NCBI GenBank assembly: GCA_051362555.1
Contig: CM120642.1
Coordinates: forward strand, 5,146,001-5,210,000
Direction: 5' to 3'
Length of the DNA: 64,000 bases
DNA from: Lingula anatina
Taxonomy: Eukaryota > Animalia > Brachiopoda
Of the stretch, positions 62,509 through 64,000 are shown piece by piece. Position 1 is the first letter of the stretch. Every line of letters starts with the position of its first letter. A model generated the notes under the pieces. That model did no database searches. It was not told the DNA's origin and was given only the letters and a program-made list of their open reading frames with translations. The position numbers and the translations under genes were made by a program.

Positions 62509-64000
62509 ATGCCCAGAAAGAAAAAAGAAGATACGGTGTCTCATTTAGACGATTTGAGTGGCTTTGATACGACAACGGGGACAGAATTGTCCTCTTTAAC
62601 GTTGTCTCATTCACCAAGCCTGAGCGAGGCCCACAGCAAAACAGAGAAGCGAGAAAGAGTAAACAAGCAAGAATTGGTTAGTAAGCAGCTCGCCCATGAT
62701 TTTCAGCTCCTGAAAATAGAAGTTTCGCAGAAGAACTTACTGATCGATCAGATCAAGTCGGAACATGCGGAAAAGGTATACGTTCAGTGCTAACATCCGT
62801 GTCTGCTTCTTTCAAATTGATTTTAATTGGATTTAATTTGCAACTGAGATAAAAAAAAAAAAATGGATACTCAGTAGCTTGTTAGTGTATTAGCTGCATG
62901 GTCATACATGTACAGGGCTTGACATTAAGGGTGGCCCACTGGCCCTGGGCCACTGAAAACCAACCTAGGGCCATTGAATTGATAGGGTCACTGGCCCGAA
63001 GACCAAGTAAAATGTCATGTGTCAAATCATCCTTGCAATATTTACCCATATCGCGGGCCAGTATCGAAAAAAGTTAGTGTCAAGCCCTGATGTATATAGT
63101 GCTTGTAATGCTCTTTTATAAATTCAAATGCTTTTCTGACATTTGAAACCGTATTCAGTTGTCATGGTGCTAATTTGATATAGTGATTACAAAAATGTAA
63201 GTGTGAACGACCATTGAAATACGGTTGAGGTGTAATGTAGAAAAATATTTGCTGAAACATGCAGTATAAGTTATTTATAACTTTCTTATTTTGTTGAATA
63301 TTGAAGGTTGAAGAACTGGAAGAGAAACTCTCTGATGCTCTTCACCGTGGTCGGATCGTGCAGGCCCGTCTTGATACGCAGCTGCATCTTCAACAGGCAG
63401 AGGCTAGAAAGCAGCATGCCGATACTCAACAGGAACTGCAGGGCATCCTCACCAAACAGAAGAAGCTGGAGGAGGCCAATGCCTTGCTGCTTCAGAGGAC
63501 AGCCAGAGTGAAAGAGGAGCTGCAGTCTGATTTAACTTTGTCACATGAGAAATATATGCATATGAAAGCGCTGCATGAGGATCAGCTTTCCATTGCAGAT
63601 TTTGTTGCAGTATGTTTTCTGATGATAGAGATACTGGATTTGTAGATATATAATACCCAGTCTGTGGTCTAAAGAAATGATAACTAAATGATAGTGTATT
63701 TTACTTGTTATGAAGTCACAAATCTTTAATAGTTTTGTACAAGAAAGTTACATAAAATGCCAGTACACTTAGACATCTTTTGCTCAGTGAAACAGAATGT
63801 TTTGATATGAATAACAAGCATTTATGTGTTTGGACATACATATTCTCGCACACACTGCAACACATGTGCATGCACACAGGGAAGTGAAAAACTAAAAGAA
63901 ATTGGTTGTTTTTTGTTCTAGATAAGGTTATTTGAATCCACAGAGCCACTGAAGTCGGAAGTGGCTCAGCAGAAACAGCAGATCAGACATCACCAAGGTG
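62509..64000 (+). CDS. PIBF1: Progesterone-induced blocking factor 1 / CEP90, 5' part (exons 62509-62775, 63307-63609, 63922-end of window)
   Basis: KQLAHDFQLLKIEVSQKNLLIDQIK, VEELEEKLSDALH, EDQLSIADFVA|IRLFE match the remembered PIBF1 N-terminus (LLHNIQLLKIELSQK..., IEELEEKLNDALH, EDQLSIPEYVSVRFYE). Confidence 0.9.
62913..63089. mobile_element. 177-bp MITE with CAGGGCTTGACA TIRs and 5-bp target duplication ATGTA
   Basis: atgta|cagggcttgacattaa ... ttagtgtcaagccctg|atgta. Confidence 0.85.

Overview
Eukaryotic, intron-rich, AT-rich animal DNA, probably a marine invertebrate (lophotrochozoan-like; this is an inference from the repeat types and gene families). Left to right: the last coding exon of a coiled-coil protein gene; a minus-strand cluster of five galactose-3-O-sulfotransferase-like genes (three intact, one 5'-truncated, one frameshifted) shaped by a ~10 kb tandem duplication; a complete GAPVD1 gene (23 coding exons, phase-consistent); a divergently transcribed C2H2 zinc-finger gene with two RFX-like winged-helix repeats and an AT-hook; a GPS-less secretin/adhesion-class GPCR; and the 5' part of PIBF1. 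The most notable signals are: (1) a 5 kb Helentron-type non-autonomous element in a GAPVD1 intron carrying 24 copies of a ~146-bp monomer with clustered AGGTCA nuclear-receptor half-sites; (2) an AT-AC minor-spliceosome intron in the first RFX-like repeat, with an apparent +1 frameshift at nearly the same position in the second repeat; (3) a Penelope-like retroelement remnant with a hammerhead-ribozyme core; (4) reciprocal gene loss and gene conversion in the sulfotransferase duplication. All family assignments come from motif recognition by eye, not database searches.
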